Source: a virus
Taxonomy: Duplodnaviria; Caudoviricetes
Length of the DNA stretch: 64,000 bases
IMG/VR virus record: IMGVR_UViG_3300001598_000043
Span: 15,687-79,686 of that record
Strand: one strand, 5' to 3'
Shown here: positions 27,081 through 37,132 of the stretch, piece after piece
Numbering within the stretch: the first letter of the stretch is position 1
Layout of the letters: each line of letters opens with the position of its first letter
The notes under the pieces: model-generated
The model's input: the letters and a program-made list of their open reading frames with translations, nothing else
What the model was told of the DNA's origin: nothing
The model's database searches: none
Program-made: the position numbers and the translations under genes

Positions 27081-27794
27081 TTACTTTTCCTCCTTTTTGT
27101 TAGTTTTTGATGTTTTTGTTTTATTCTTCAAGATAAGATTATCTATTGAAGTCTTAATAAGGTCTTCTATGATTCTCAATGTCTCGTCATTATACTCACC
27201 AAAGTTAAACTGACAAGGCAATGAATAATTAATAACTTTTGTTGGGGTATTACCATTAATGTTTGACTCTTTGCAGAATAACTTAACTTCCTTTTTAGTC
27301 CACATTAACTTAATAAACTGTCTTCCGTTGTACTGTAGAGGTCTAAATTTGAATGTCTCATCAGATGGTATTCCTACGACTCCACCTAATTCAACTACTT
27401 TTGATGTTACAAATTCAAGTAACTTTGATATGTCATCAGAATTAACATTATTCTTCTTTGACTTCTTATCTTCCTCTGAATTCTTTGACTTTTTAGCCTT
27501 TTTTGTATCTTTCTCTTTAGGTAATTCAACAGGTGTCTCTTCAACAATCTCAACTGGCTTTTCTTCAACCACTACAGGTTCTTCAACTTCTTCCTTTGCA
27601 GGTTCATCTGCAACTTCTACCCACTTTCTCTTATCCTTAAGAGTGTGTCTCTGTAGATTTAAAGTCTTACCCTCTGCCGTCTCAAGCATAACTGTCTTTG
27701 TCTTCTCATCTTCACTGATAACCTTTACAAAGAAGTCCTTATCTGCTCTCTTAAATGTCTTACCTACTAATGTCTCAATACTTACGTTTTTCAT
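27081..27794 (-). CDS. Hypothetical protein with charged linker
   Basis: Start MKNVSIE after AAGGAG. Confidence 0.6.
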   Translation of the reverse strand: MKNVSIETLVGKTFKRADKDFFVKVISEDEKTKTVMLETAEGKTLNLQRHTLKDKRKWVEVADEPAKEEVEEPVVVEEKPVEIVEETPVELPKEKDTKKAKKSKNSEEDKKSKKNNVNSDDISKLLEFVTSKVVELGGVVGIPSDETFKFRPLQYNGRQFIKLMWTKKEVKLFCKESNINGNTPTKVINYSLPCQFNFGEYNDETLRIIEDLIKTSIDNLILKNKTKTSKTNKKEEK

Positions 27795-27900
27795 ACTGTT
27801 TTCTCCTTTTTTAAGTGAATGTTTTTTGATTGGGTGTTGCATAGACAGTGATTGTGAATGGTATGCTCACTGTCTATGCAGAGTGTATATACTATCGGTC

Positions 27901-28224
27901 TTATAACATCTTCTCTAATTTCTTAATTAGTGACCTGTATACATCAAGTTTTAATTTAGACTCATCAGATAATTCATCCTCAGTGATTTCAACATCTCTC
28001 CAAACATTTTCCATTAATGGAATTGTTTGTTCATCATCTTCCCAGAGTAAATCATACTCATGTGTCTCTGAATTCCACTTACGTTTTTGTTCAAGCTCTT
28101 CGGTCTTTCTGTACTCTGTTAACAGATACTTAATATCTGTCTGTACTAACTCGTACAACTTATCCAATTCCTCAAGTTCAATCTGCTTTCTCTTGAATAC
28201 ACTAATCTCTTTTACCATTTTCAA
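27901..28224 (-). CDS. Hypothetical protein
   Basis: Own promoter and leader motif. Confidence 0.6.
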   Translation of the reverse strand: MKMVKEISVFKRKQIELEELDKLYELVQTDIKYLLTEYRKTEELEQKRKWNSETHEYDLLWEDDEQTIPLMENVWRDVEITEDELSDESKLKLDVYRSLIKKLEKML

Positions 28225-28274
28225 ATCCTCCTGTTTTTAAGTGTTTTAAGTGATTGTGTCCTTGACACATTAAC

Positions 28275-28303
28275 ATTGTATCAAACTATTATTTATTTGT
28301 CAA
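28275..28303 (-). promoter_or_regulatory. sigmaA-type promoter (conserved family)
   Basis: TTGACA-N17-TACAAT. Confidence 0.85.
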
Positions 28304-28571
28304 CACTAAAAATGAATATTTTTGTCTTCGTTGACTATTCTCATTACATTATGCAATTCTTGTGCAGTACAATGTATTGCTTTTTTCTTTCTTTTTAGTT
28401 TGGTATCAAGTCTAATATGTTTTCGTTCATCATCTAATTTCTTATTATACTCCTTATAGTATGGTGCATCCATCATATTTATCATCTCCTACAATAAATT
28501 AGGTATCAACGCAATAAGTAATAATAATACTAAAATTAATCCCATAACCAAATAATGTTTATTTTTCATAT

Positions 28572-28811
28572 CTACACCTCTGATAATCCTAATAAATAAT
28601 CTGCACTTACATTTAATGTCTTACATAACAGATATAAAGTATAAGAATTTGGAATCATCGTCTCTTGAACATAAGCATATATATTAGTGTGATTTAAATT
28701 TGATATCTTTTCTATTTGGATATAAGTTAATCCACTATCAAGTATTGATTGTTCTAATCGTTTTCCAAATCCTGTAGGAATTCTTCTTTTTCTAACAGGT
28801 TCGTAACTCAT
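28572..28811 (-). CDS. XRE-family HTH transcriptional regulator
   Basis: FGKRLEQSI...LTYIQIEKIS...LCKTLNVSADYLLGL. Confidence 0.8.
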   Translation of the reverse strand: MSYEPVRKRRIPTGFGKRLEQSILDSGLTYIQIEKISNLNHTNIYAYVQETMIPNSYTLYLLCKTLNVSADYLLGLSEV

Positions 28812-29116
28812 TCCTCAACACCTAACCTCTCTGCCTGTTTCTGATTGCCTATCCAAATCCCAGTAACTTCTTCACATACAGTTATTGGGTCTGCATCTCC
28901 GTACTTTTCTTGCCAAGTATCCCAAATATGTTGTGAGTAACCTATTATATATTTAATATCATCATCATTCATATTAGTCACTTCTTTAAGTGCCATAACT
29001 AATGTTGAATAAGCATACACTACAACATTTTCTGATGCTTCTTTGTAGGCTTCGTCAGTAACCTGACGTTTAGCCCAATCACTCATATTTTGTTTAAGTC
29101 TCTGTTTCCTATTCAT
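28808..29116 (-). CDS. Hypothetical protein
   Basis: Coupled ORF. Confidence 0.55.
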   Translation of the reverse strand: MNRKQRLKQNMSDWAKRQVTDEAYKEASENVVVYAYSTLVMALKEVTNMNDDDIKYIIGYSQHIWDTWQEKYGDADPITVCEEVTGIWIGNQKQAERLGVEE

Positions 29117-29699
29117 TATCTTCTACCACTATAGCATTATAATTTTTTGTATGTTCTTTGATGTAATTAAAATAATTACCTTTATTTCCAAGTATCTTCT
29201 TGATTACTGCCATTGCAAATCCTTTTTCAGGGTCGAATGTTTCATTATCTCCACACTTAACTACTGTCTTTGTTCCATCTCCCCAAAATACTATTGTTGC
29301 TGGTTCATTGTAAATTACATTCTTAATATTCTTAATTGTTGTCATTGTCCTATCCTCAAGATTAAGTAATAATTTATTATATCTAAGTGAATCTAATAAA
29401 TCATCGTTATGTTTGTTATATTTTTCCCATGTCCTACACATATCTTTAGTCCTCTTAAATTCTTTATCTAAATCTCTTATAATCTCTCGTTCAAGTTGTG
29501 GTACGTATTCATCTGTTGGTATACTACGATTATATCTACATTGGATACCATTTACGCTCCACTTGAATTTCAAAATTCTTGATACACTTATTAAATTTAA
29601 ATCCTCAATGCAATCAATATAATTAACCTCACAATACCATCGTAAATTTGACATATTTAAAATTATACTTTCTTCTTCTCTACATTTACTAACTAACAT
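29109..29699 (-). CDS. Hypothetical protein with conserved phage C-terminal domain
   Basis: IKNVIYNEPATIVFWGDGTKTVVKC...FDPEKGFAMA. Confidence 0.6.
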   Translation of the reverse strand: MLVSKCREEESIILNMSNLRWYCEVNYIDCIEDLNLISVSRILKFKWSVNGIQCRYNRSIPTDEYVPQLEREIIRDLDKEFKRTKDMCRTWEKYNKHNDDLLDSLRYNKLLLNLEDRTMTTIKNIKNVIYNEPATIVFWGDGTKTVVKCGDNETFDPEKGFAMAVIKKILGNKGNYFNYIKEHTKNYNAIVVEDNE

Positions 29700-30658
29700 T
29701 AAAATAACTCCTTTAAATTATCAAAATATTCTTTTGTCATATCGTTTATATCTTTAGCAATATTTTTATCCCACTTGTATTGTGTAATAATTTTACCTGG
29801 CACATTTGATTTTATTCTATTCCTTGCATGAATTCCTGCATCATCCATATCAGTAGCTAATATAAATTTTCTACAAGGCATTTTTCTTAATTGTTCAAAT
29901 TGCAAATCATTACCAAGTCCATTCAACGCAACTGCATATTTGCCAAATGCCCAACAAGTCAATGAGTCTATCATTGATTCACATATAATTACTTCTTGTT
30001 TCTCCAATTCACACGACTGATATAACTCGAATAAACCATATACAGGCTTTTCAGCACCGCTAGGATAATTGAAAAACTTACTATTAATGGAACGCCTAGC
30101 AACAAATAAAGTATGCCCATAAACATCTCTGATTGGGAATGTAATGCATTGCGTATTTTTGTCATAGCCGATGTCAAATAATTCAATAACTTCATCTGTT
30201 AATTTCCTCTTATACATATATGGGTGATAATATCTATAACTATCTAACTCTTCTTCACTCACATATTCTTGTTCTTTTTCTACTTTTGGTTGTCTTGATA
30301 AATTTAACTTAATATCTTTTCTCTCATTTGTCTGAATCGTTGCAAAATTCTTAAGTAGCCAATTCCAACCATATGCACCTATCATATCATCATAGTTACC
30401 GAAGCAATGTGAAATAACTTCTTGTAATGAATGTGTTTCACCACAAGTAAAACAGTGGAATTGACCATCAGATTTTCTAATTCCAGCTGATGGTCTCCTC
30501 TCTTGACCGTTTTTATGATAAGGACAACTAATCATAATATCATTTGGTGTCTCTTTAATTGAGTTTAATAGTGGGATTTGATTAATTGTTAATTGAGATT
30601 TAAGTTCATTTACAATCTCACCTAATTCTGCACTAAAATAAATTCCATTTATCTGCAT
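29699..30658 (-). CDS. dnaG: DNA primase (CHC2 zinc finger plus Toprim)
   Basis: CPYHKNGQERRPS, CFTCG, ICESMID, LATDMDDAG. Confidence 0.88.
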   Translation of the reverse strand: MQINGIYFSAELGEIVNELKSQLTINQIPLLNSIKETPNDIMISCPYHKNGQERRPSAGIRKSDGQFHCFTCGETHSLQEVISHCFGNYDDMIGAYGWNWLLKNFATIQTNERKDIKLNLSRQPKVEKEQEYVSEEELDSYRYYHPYMYKRKLTDEVIELFDIGYDKNTQCITFPIRDVYGHTLFVARRSINSKFFNYPSGAEKPVYGLFELYQSCELEKQEVIICESMIDSLTCWAFGKYAVALNGLGNDLQFEQLRKMPCRKFILATDMDDAGIHARNRIKSNVPGKIITQYKWDKNIAKDINDMTKEYFDNLKELF

Positions 30659-30659
30659 C

Positions 30660-31001
30660 TTATCTCTCCAAAATTAAATCTAATTTTCTTAAAGCTTTTA
30701 CGAGTTCACAAACATCCATACCATTTTTTAAGTTATACCAAATCTTATTTGCCATATCCTTATCAAAATAATTAGTTCTGTATGAACCGTTTACGTAACC
30801 AGCATCTACGTTATATGCACTTCCATTAACGTATGGTACTATTGATAATTTGAAATCATCTGTTGGTTCATATGTCTTATAATCTCTCATTCCCATATAT
30901 CCCCAATCTTCTTCAAAAGCTCTTTCAAAGAATACACAAACCTTATGATTCTTTCCAAATCCTTGAATATCCATTGTCTTGATTGTTCTAATCTCTCTCA
31001 T
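30660..31001 (-). CDS. Hypothetical protein
   Basis: Promoter TTGACA-N17-TATTAT at 31049-31077 and leader motif. Confidence 0.6.
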   Translation of the reverse strand: MREIRTIKTMDIQGFGKNHKVCVFFERAFEEDWGYMGMRDYKTYEPTDDFKLSIVPYVNGSAYNVDAGYVNGSYRTNYFDKDMANKIWYNLKNGMDVCELVKALRKLDLILER

Positions 31002-31081
31002 ACTATAGTCCTCCGTGTTTTAAGTATTTAAAGTTTTACTACACTCTAATAATAACATTATATACAATTATTGTCAAATCC

Positions 31082-32389
31082 CTAAAATACGTCTGCCTTA
31101 TCGTTTGAATATTTCTTCTTTGTGTCCTTTATTGTTCTATTAGCATTTGTATCACTGTCACTTGGAATGTATGTGAAATCACCACTGTCAATATCCCACA
31201 TATAATTAAACTTATCACCGATTCTACCAAATCTCTGTTTCTTTATTCCTATCTCAAGCACACCATTGTTTTTCTGCCTAATAGATAATACTTTAGAAGC
31301 ATTGTGGGCAATACCATCTGAATCTCTGATACTCTCTAATTCTGGTGTTCCCTCGTCTTCATCCTTTGACATTGCACCATTTCTGTTGGCCTGTACTACA
31401 ACTAATATTGGTATCTGCATCTCAACTGATAATGACATTAAGTCCTCACTAATATTTGTAAGTGTTGTAGTCTTATTATCACCACGTCTTGACCTTTCAT
31501 CTGATAGATATGTAATACCATCAATTGCAATCATATCTAACTTATATTTTTTAATCCAATTCTTTAACTTTGTAACAGTAACATTCTTACCAAAGTCATT
31601 TGGTGTGGATACAATAAACTTATTACCTCTACTCTTAAGTGATTCTATGTAGTTTCTATACTCTTCATCATCGACTTCATTCTTTCCCCACATCAATCCC
31701 TTATTAGAAAAGTTATTAAATAGTGTATCAAATCTAAATCCAATACTACTTGCACTCATTTCAGGTGACATATATCCTACATTATAGCCTGTCTGCCATA
31801 CGTGTGTACACATTTTTTCAAGTACCCAAGATTTACCTTGATTAGTTCTTGCAACTATTACTAAAAATTCTTCTCCTCTTTGTATTCCGTGAGTAACATC
31901 ATCAATCTCTTTAAACCCACTCTCAAAGAATGCATCTTTCTGATGTTGTTTAGTTTCAATGAATTTATCTAATCTTTCAGATGCCTGTGCAACGATATCT
32001 ACACCTTCAATATCATATTCAGGTTCGAGATTTCCAATCTGACTTATTAAATATTCTGAAGCTGCATTACTATCAGTTTTAAGTAAATCTGCCATATGTT
32101 CAATAACTGGCACTGTTTTGTAATATAAATACTCTTCTCTAATAGTACTTACTAAATATTTATCTGATTCTGACACATCTACTAATTCAAATCCATCAAA
32201 ATTTGCCAAGAATGTTGATTTATCTGGTACATTTCCATATTTATCATAATGGTTTTGTATGAAGTTTATTTCTTCCTCATAACCAACAAAATAATCTGAT
32301 GTTAATAAATTTTCTTCTAATATTGACAAATCTCCAGATGATAAAATCTTTGAGATTATTTGTATTGACACTATTGGTACAGATGTCAT
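31082..32389 (-). CDS. dnaB: Replicative DNA helicase DnaB-like
   Basis: VARTNQGKSW, YMSPEM, IAIDGITYL, VVVQANR, ESIRDSD, KKQRFG. Confidence 0.9.
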   Translation of the reverse strand: MTSVPIVSIQIISKILSSGDLSILEENLLTSDYFVGYEEEINFIQNHYDKYGNVPDKSTFLANFDGFELVDVSESDKYLVSTIREEYLYYKTVPVIEHMADLLKTDSNAASEYLISQIGNLEPEYDIEGVDIVAQASERLDKFIETKQHQKDAFFESGFKEIDDVTHGIQRGEEFLVIVARTNQGKSWVLEKMCTHVWQTGYNVGYMSPEMSASSIGFRFDTLFNNFSNKGLMWGKNEVDDEEYRNYIESLKSRGNKFIVSTPNDFGKNVTVTKLKNWIKKYKLDMIAIDGITYLSDERSRRGDNKTTTLTNISEDLMSLSVEMQIPILVVVQANRNGAMSKDEDEGTPELESIRDSDGIAHNASKVLSIRQKNNGVLEIGIKKQRFGRIGDKFNYMWDIDSGDFTYIPSDSDTNANRTIKDTKKKYSNDKADVF

Positions 32390-32391
32390 AT

Positions 32392-33057
32392 CTACACCCT
32401 CCTATCTGTAGAACCTTTAAGTATGATTTTTCTTGAACCATTCCATATTCTACTGTATAACTTCGGCCCTACTTTTAAATTTAAATCTTTGTCTAATAAA
32501 TTACCTGTAAATATGTTTGACTTTTCTTCTAAATCTCTTTGGTCTAAAAAGGTTAATAACTGTGTCAAATCATAACTTGATAAGTAATCACTACCCATCT
32601 CATCCCATACAACTAAATCTGCACTTATTAGATTATGTTTTAACTCGTTTAACGACTCATCTACACGTTCAAAATCTTTTAGTCGAAGTAATAACGTAGG
32701 TACGTGTACAAACAGTCCTCTTACACGAAATCCGTTGCCTGGCCATATCTCATTGAAGTACTTTAACAATAACTTTATTGACCAACTTGTTTTTCCATTA
32801 CCATTATACTTACTTGCAATATATAGATTGTTTCCATTCTCTACAAACTCAACAATATTATCTTTAATGTCTGCAAGTTCTGTAAATGCTTCAAAATCTA
32901 TTTTTTCTGGTGTAAGACTTTTTGGAATCTGTTTTGCTTTAGGTAATCCACTTGAGTTCATTAAATAACTCATCTCAAGATATCTTATACAACTATTAGA
33001 ACATTCATTTTCACAAACTTGTTTATACCAACAATCAGAAAACCGCTCTTTGTCCAT
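32392..33057 (-). CDS. DnaC/IstB-like helicase loader ATPase
   Basis: GNGKTSW, ADLVVWDEMG, IFTGN, YSRI. Confidence 0.85.
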   Translation of the reverse strand: MDKERFSDCWYKQVCENECSNSCIRYLEMSYLMNSSGLPKAKQIPKSLTPEKIDFEAFTELADIKDNIVEFVENGNNLYIASKYNGNGKTSWSIKLLLKYFNEIWPGNGFRVRGLFVHVPTLLLRLKDFERVDESLNELKHNLISADLVVWDEMGSDYLSSYDLTQLLTFLDQRDLEEKSNIFTGNLLDKDLNLKVGPKLYSRIWNGSRKIILKGSTDRRV

Positions 33058-33928
33058 TTTTCTCTGCCTCCTTTTTCAACATATCAGTAAATTCAATTGC
33101 ATCTGTTTCTGATTCGAGTGATTTAGCATCTGATGCTTGTACTTGCATTGATGTTCTTGGATTTGACTGATTATTAGAAGATGTAGGTTTAAATAATCCT
33201 TTGTATTCGTGACTGATTGAATAATCAATTGTGATTAATGCGTCATCTAAATTATCACATCTCTCATCCAACTTATTTATAATACTCATAAAACTCTTAA
33301 ATTTATCCAATTTGAGTCTCATTGTTAAATACTCGACTAATTTACCCTTAAGAGTCTCTTTGTCCTTATCTGACTTAATAAACTTGCACGTATCTACATA
33401 AGAATCTATATCATCCATACTCTTTTCATATAAATTCTTTTTCTTTGGTTTTTGCTGATTAAATAATTTATTTGATTCAGATTTTTTCGGTTTTTCTTCT
33501 AATACTTTAGTATTAGAATTACTATTATTATCTATTAACTTATTATCTGATGTCATTTTAAAATTACATCTGATGTCATTCTGGAGTGACATCGAGTCAT
33601 CAAAAAGTAAATTAATAGTTAACTCTGATACTGAATAAAATGTTTTAGAACCTCTACTATTTCTCTCCGTTGTAGATAATAAGAATCCTTCTTTTTTAAG
33701 GGTACTTAATCTATTACGTAGAGTTCCTTCTGATATGCCAAGAATTGGTAAATCTTCTTGTAATTTGTTGTGATTAATCCATACATATGGAATATCATCA
33801 CATATAAGATGTGTCATTTTTGGTGACCCATTTGCTTGTATTATATATTCAAGTAAAACTAAATCTGTTAAATCAAGATTAGTTTCCATTACTTTGGCTT
33901 GGTTAAAACCTAATATAGAATATTTCAT
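33035..33928 (-). CDS. Replication initiator (N-terminal winged helix)
   Basis: LDLTDLVLLEYI...YVWINHNKLQEDLPIL; heads the dnaC-dnaB operon; contains iteron-like repeats. Confidence 0.75.
   Translation of the reverse strand: MKYSILGFNQAKVMETNLDLTDLVLLEYIIQANGSPKMTHLICDDIPYVWINHNKLQEDLPILGISEGTLRNRLSTLKKEGFLLSTTERNSRGSKTFYSVSELTINLLFDDSMSLQNDIRCNFKMTSDNKLIDNNSNSNTKVLEEKPKKSESNKLFNQQKPKKKNLYEKSMDDIDSYVDTCKFIKSDKDKETLKGKLVEYLTMRLKLDKFKSFMSIINKLDERCDNLDDALITIDYSISHEYKGLFKPTSSNNQSNPRTSMQVQASDAKSLESETDAIEFTDMLKKEAEKNGQRAVF
33545..33601. repeat. Iteron-like repeats (candidate origin) inside initiator gene
   Basis: ATCTGATGTCATT at 33545-33557 and 33568-33580, inverted core TGACATC 33587-33593, next to a very AT-rich tract. 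Confidence 0.55.
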
Positions 33929-33950
33929 ATTTACCTCTTACTTGTGAATT

Positions 33951-34051
33951 AAAAAACTCATACAATAGAGCATTTGGGGTACTCTAAAGTATGAGTCTAA
34001 TGTTGACCGATATTTAAATAGCATTAACCGATGCCCCAAACATCAGTCAAC
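33951..34051 (-). ncRNA. Structured 5' leader: switchable hairpin, kissing loop and intrinsic terminator upstream of initiator
   Basis: Hairpin with loop UUUGGGG (34034-34040); terminator ACUCAUAC/UAGAG...CUCUA/GUAUGAGU plus U6, whose loop contains CCCCAAA (33973-33979). Confidence 0.65.
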
Positions 34052-34145
34052 GAGTTGTGAATGAAATTTAAACCGACAAGTTATCCGTCACAATCTTTAG
34101 TTAAAGGTGTTAGATAAAGTGTGAATAAACTCTAATCACTCTGTT

Positions 34146-34174
34146 ATTGTATCAAGTGCCATTTTTATAGTCAA
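34146..34174 (-). promoter_or_regulatory. sigmaA-type promoter of replication operon
   Basis: TTGACT-N17-TACAAT, about 210 nt upstream of initiator ATG. Confidence 0.75.
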
Positions 34175-34184
34175 TACAAAATTA

Positions 34185-34418
34185 TTATTTACTTCCAAAA
34201 GTTTTTAAGATATCTGCAATTTGAGTATCTACCTCATTATTTACAGTATCCCATAATAAATTACGTTCTTCTTCAACATCAATATCTTCTAAATCTGGAA
34301 TTAATCTTTCCTCGGCATATTCAATTGTATAGAAATTATCTTTGATTTTTACAGATGCTCTTGACGTAGCAGTGATTGATGTGATTATTGCTTTACTTTC
34401 ATACTTATTCTGTGCCAT
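34185..34418 (-). CDS. Hypothetical protein
   Basis: ITATSRASVKIKDNFYTIEYAEER; start MAQNK. Confidence 0.6.
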   Translation of the reverse strand: MAQNKYESKAIITSITATSRASVKIKDNFYTIEYAEERLIPDLEDIDVEEERNLLWDTVNNEVDTQIADILKTFGSK

Positions 34419-34617
34419 TGTTATTCTCTCCTCTGTACTTAACTGGTGTATATCTCCAATAATTTGCAAAAAAGCTTTTACCGTTAGAGTGTTTATTTAT
34501 GTTCTTACAGTCTACACTTTTCATTTTATTTTTAACTACATCTCTTCTAACACTTCTAATCTTACTACTCATTGTTTTTATCTCTTCTCTTTCTAACTTG
34601 GATGATTGATAGAACAA
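34405..34617 (-). CDS. Small basic hypothetical protein
   Basis: MSSKIRSVRR...FFANYWR. Confidence 0.45.
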   Translation of the reverse strand: MFYQSSKLEREEIKTMSSKIRSVRRDVVKNKMKSVDCKNINKHSNGKSFFANYWRYTPVKYRGENNNGTE

Positions 34618-34686
34618 CTATACCAATACATTCTATTGCTATAGTTAATCCCATTCCAATAAATATTAATAGTGCATTATACATAT

Positions 34687-35088
34687 TTAATCCTCCACAC
34701 TTTTAGATTTGGATACTCTCAATGTAGTAACCTCTTTAGTTTCTCTACACTTATCCATCTCAATAAGAATCTGATTATCAATCTTCTCATTATAGATTGC
34801 AGATTCAAGAGCTTCCATATCAACATATGGTCTCATTTTTACAATATCATTTGGTATTTCATCTTTATGAGATTCTAAAATAGTTAATAATTTATCTACA
34901 TTAAGTGTCTCTCTGTTCTGAACAGTTATCTTTGCAGTGTATCCATTAATCTGATACTTGTCGATATTCATACCAGCCATAATGTTTTTAATCTCGGTAT
35001 TATTAACATCTACAATCTTCTTGTAATCTTCTAAAGATTTCTTGTCATCAACGTATTGCATTATTAAAGCATCTAAAGTTGTTGTCAT
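34687..35088 (-). CDS. Hypothetical protein
   Basis: YVDMEALESAIYN motif. Confidence 0.6.
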   Translation of the reverse strand: MTTTLDALIMQYVDDKKSLEDYKKIVDVNNTEIKNIMAGMNIDKYQINGYTAKITVQNRETLNVDKLLTILESHKDEIPNDIVKMRPYVDMEALESAIYNEKIDNQILIEMDKCRETKEVTTLRVSKSKSVED

Positions 35089-35090
35089 TT

Positions 35091-35384
35091 CTATTTCTCC
35101 TTTTTCTTGTTTTTCTTGACATATTTTTGAGTGATATCACCCATTATTCCATTTCTTCCTTGAGTAAGACTTTTCTTAAACTGAATGAGTTTCCATACAT
35201 CTGACTGATGCCAATATCTTGTTCCTTTTGCACCCTGTTTTATAAAGTCAGGTAGTAACTGAGCCATCTCGTGTGTTGGATTACTTAACTTCCAACGATA
35301 CCAATTGTTAATTGTCTGTATAGAGGAGTCAATTAAGATTGACACCTCTTGTACCTTTAATAATCTTTCCTCTGTATTGTTCAT
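35091..35384 (-). CDS. HTH DNA-binding protein (MerR/excisionase-like)
   Basis: LLKVQEVSILIDSSIQTINNWYRW. Confidence 0.6.
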   Translation of the reverse strand: MNNTEERLLKVQEVSILIDSSIQTINNWYRWKLSNPTHEMAQLLPDFIKQGAKGTRYWHQSDVWKLIQFKKSLTQGRNGIMGDITQKYVKKNKKKEK

Positions 35385-35402
35385 AATATTTTCACCTCCT
35401 AT

Positions 35403-37118
35403 TTATGATAACAGATAGTTTAATAATTCTGTTTTATCTACATTATCAAATGCACCATCAACCATTGCCTTTGACATTGTACCCTTTTTGTATACTATCT
35501 CGTGAATTCTCTCATCAATAGTATTCTTTGCAAGTAATGTATAAACTGTAACATTACTATTCTGACCAATTCTATGACATCTATCAACGGCCTGGTCTTT
35601 AAGTGCCATATTCCAAGGTTCATCTAAAAAGATTTCAACTGAACCAGATGTAAGTGTAAGTCCTGTACCCATAGCACCTACTGTACCAACAATTACTTTG
35701 CACTTATCATCATTCTGAAAACGATTTACCATTGACTGTCTGTCTGCATCATTTGTATCACCTGTGATTACAGCTGGATGATAATTTACAAGTCTCTCAA
35801 GTACTACATCTGTCATCTGTGTCCAATTAGAGAAGATAACAACTTTCTTTCCGTTAGATACAGATTCTTCTACGATTTCTTCCATTCTGTCTAATTTAGC
35901 AGATTCCTTAATTGTAGATGAAAGAATTCCTGTATAACCTGTTGCCTGTCTCATTCTAATGAGTTCTGCAAGTGGGTTAGATACCATCTTGATTTGGTCA
36001 ATGTTGCTTTTGATTTCCATTGATACTTCTTTGTAGATAACAGACTGTTTTGCAGTCATATCAACATATTCATCAATGAATAATTTCTCTGGTAAATCAA
36101 GTACATCATCTTTAAGTCTACGAAGCATTATGTCTGTAAGATTTTCCTGTAACTCATTGAGATTCTTATAACCTACAACCTGATATCCACCATATCCACC
36201 CATTACACAATAGTGTTGTTTGAATGAGTAGAATGAATGTTTTTCATATCCTAACCATTTAAGGATGATATAAAAATCCATTGGTGTATTCATTAATGGA
36301 GTACCTGTCATAGCAATCTTGCAATCTGCATCAATCTTCAACATTCCCTTACCTTGTTGAGACTGTGGGTCTTTACATTTATGTACCTCATCAATTGCAA
36401 CTAATCCAATCTCTCCACACTTGCATAATTCAACGATTTTAGAGGTTATATCTTCATTCCTTAGACTTTCTACGTTAGTAATAATAAAGTAGCTAGAATT
36501 AGATGGCAACTCGTTTAAATCAGTTAATTTATCATTATTACTTCCAATGACTAATCTGTTATTCTTCTGTCTCTGTCCAAGAATGTATCCTGTCTCATCA
36601 GAGTGAACAGATACTTCATTCTGCCAGTTCCACTTAAGACCATTTACACCACAGATTATAAGACAATGTTTGTAACCTTTCTGTAACTTCTTTGCAACTG
36701 CAATATCAATTACCTGTTTTGTCTTTCCAAGTCCCTGCTCATCTGCAAGTAACCATCTGTCGTGACATAAACCAAAATTAAATCCATCAATCTGATGATT
36801 GAATGGTGTTGTCTTAAAGTTAAAATCACTTGGTACAACTGCCTTTGGTTCTTCTGTATTAAACATATCTAAATTATCTGCATTGATTGTAATATCAAAA
36901 TCATTAAGTTTAGATATGAGATACTCAACTTTCTTTAAAGGTACTTCCCATTCCTTATTTGCACTGTCCCAGTACTTTGAAGGTAACTCACGTATAATGT
37001 TTACAATAGTGTTGTCATATGGGAAAGATATGAATGCACTATATTCTGAACTACATCTGTTTGATTTTTTAATATTCATTGTAATCATTTTCAATTCCTC
37101 CGTTTTTTGAGTAGTCAC
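35403..37118 (-). CDS. SNF2-family helicase/ATPase
   Basis: LLADEQGLGKT, AIDEVH, AMTGTP, VVIFS, GTGLTL, QAVDRCHRIGQ. Confidence 0.92.
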   Translation of the reverse strand: MTTQKTEELKMITMNIKKSNRCSSEYSAFISFPYDNTIVNIIRELPSKYWDSANKEWEVPLKKVEYLISKLNDFDITINADNLDMFNTEEPKAVVPSDFNFKTTPFNHQIDGFNFGLCHDRWLLADEQGLGKTKQVIDIAVAKKLQKGYKHCLIICGVNGLKWNWQNEVSVHSDETGYILGQRQKNNRLVIGSNNDKLTDLNELPSNSSYFIITNVESLRNEDITSKIVELCKCGEIGLVAIDEVHKCKDPQSQQGKGMLKIDADCKIAMTGTPLMNTPMDFYIILKWLGYEKHSFYSFKQHYCVMGGYGGYQVVGYKNLNELQENLTDIMLRRLKDDVLDLPEKLFIDEYVDMTAKQSVIYKEVSMEIKSNIDQIKMVSNPLAELIRMRQATGYTGILSSTIKESAKLDRMEEIVEESVSNGKKVVIFSNWTQMTDVVLERLVNYHPAVITGDTNDADRQSMVNRFQNDDKCKVIVGTVGAMGTGLTLTSGSVEIFLDEPWNMALKDQAVDRCHRIGQNSNVTVYTLLAKNTIDERIHEIVYKKGTMSKAMVDGAFDNVDKTELLNYLLS

Positions 37119-37132
37119 TATTGACTGTAAAC

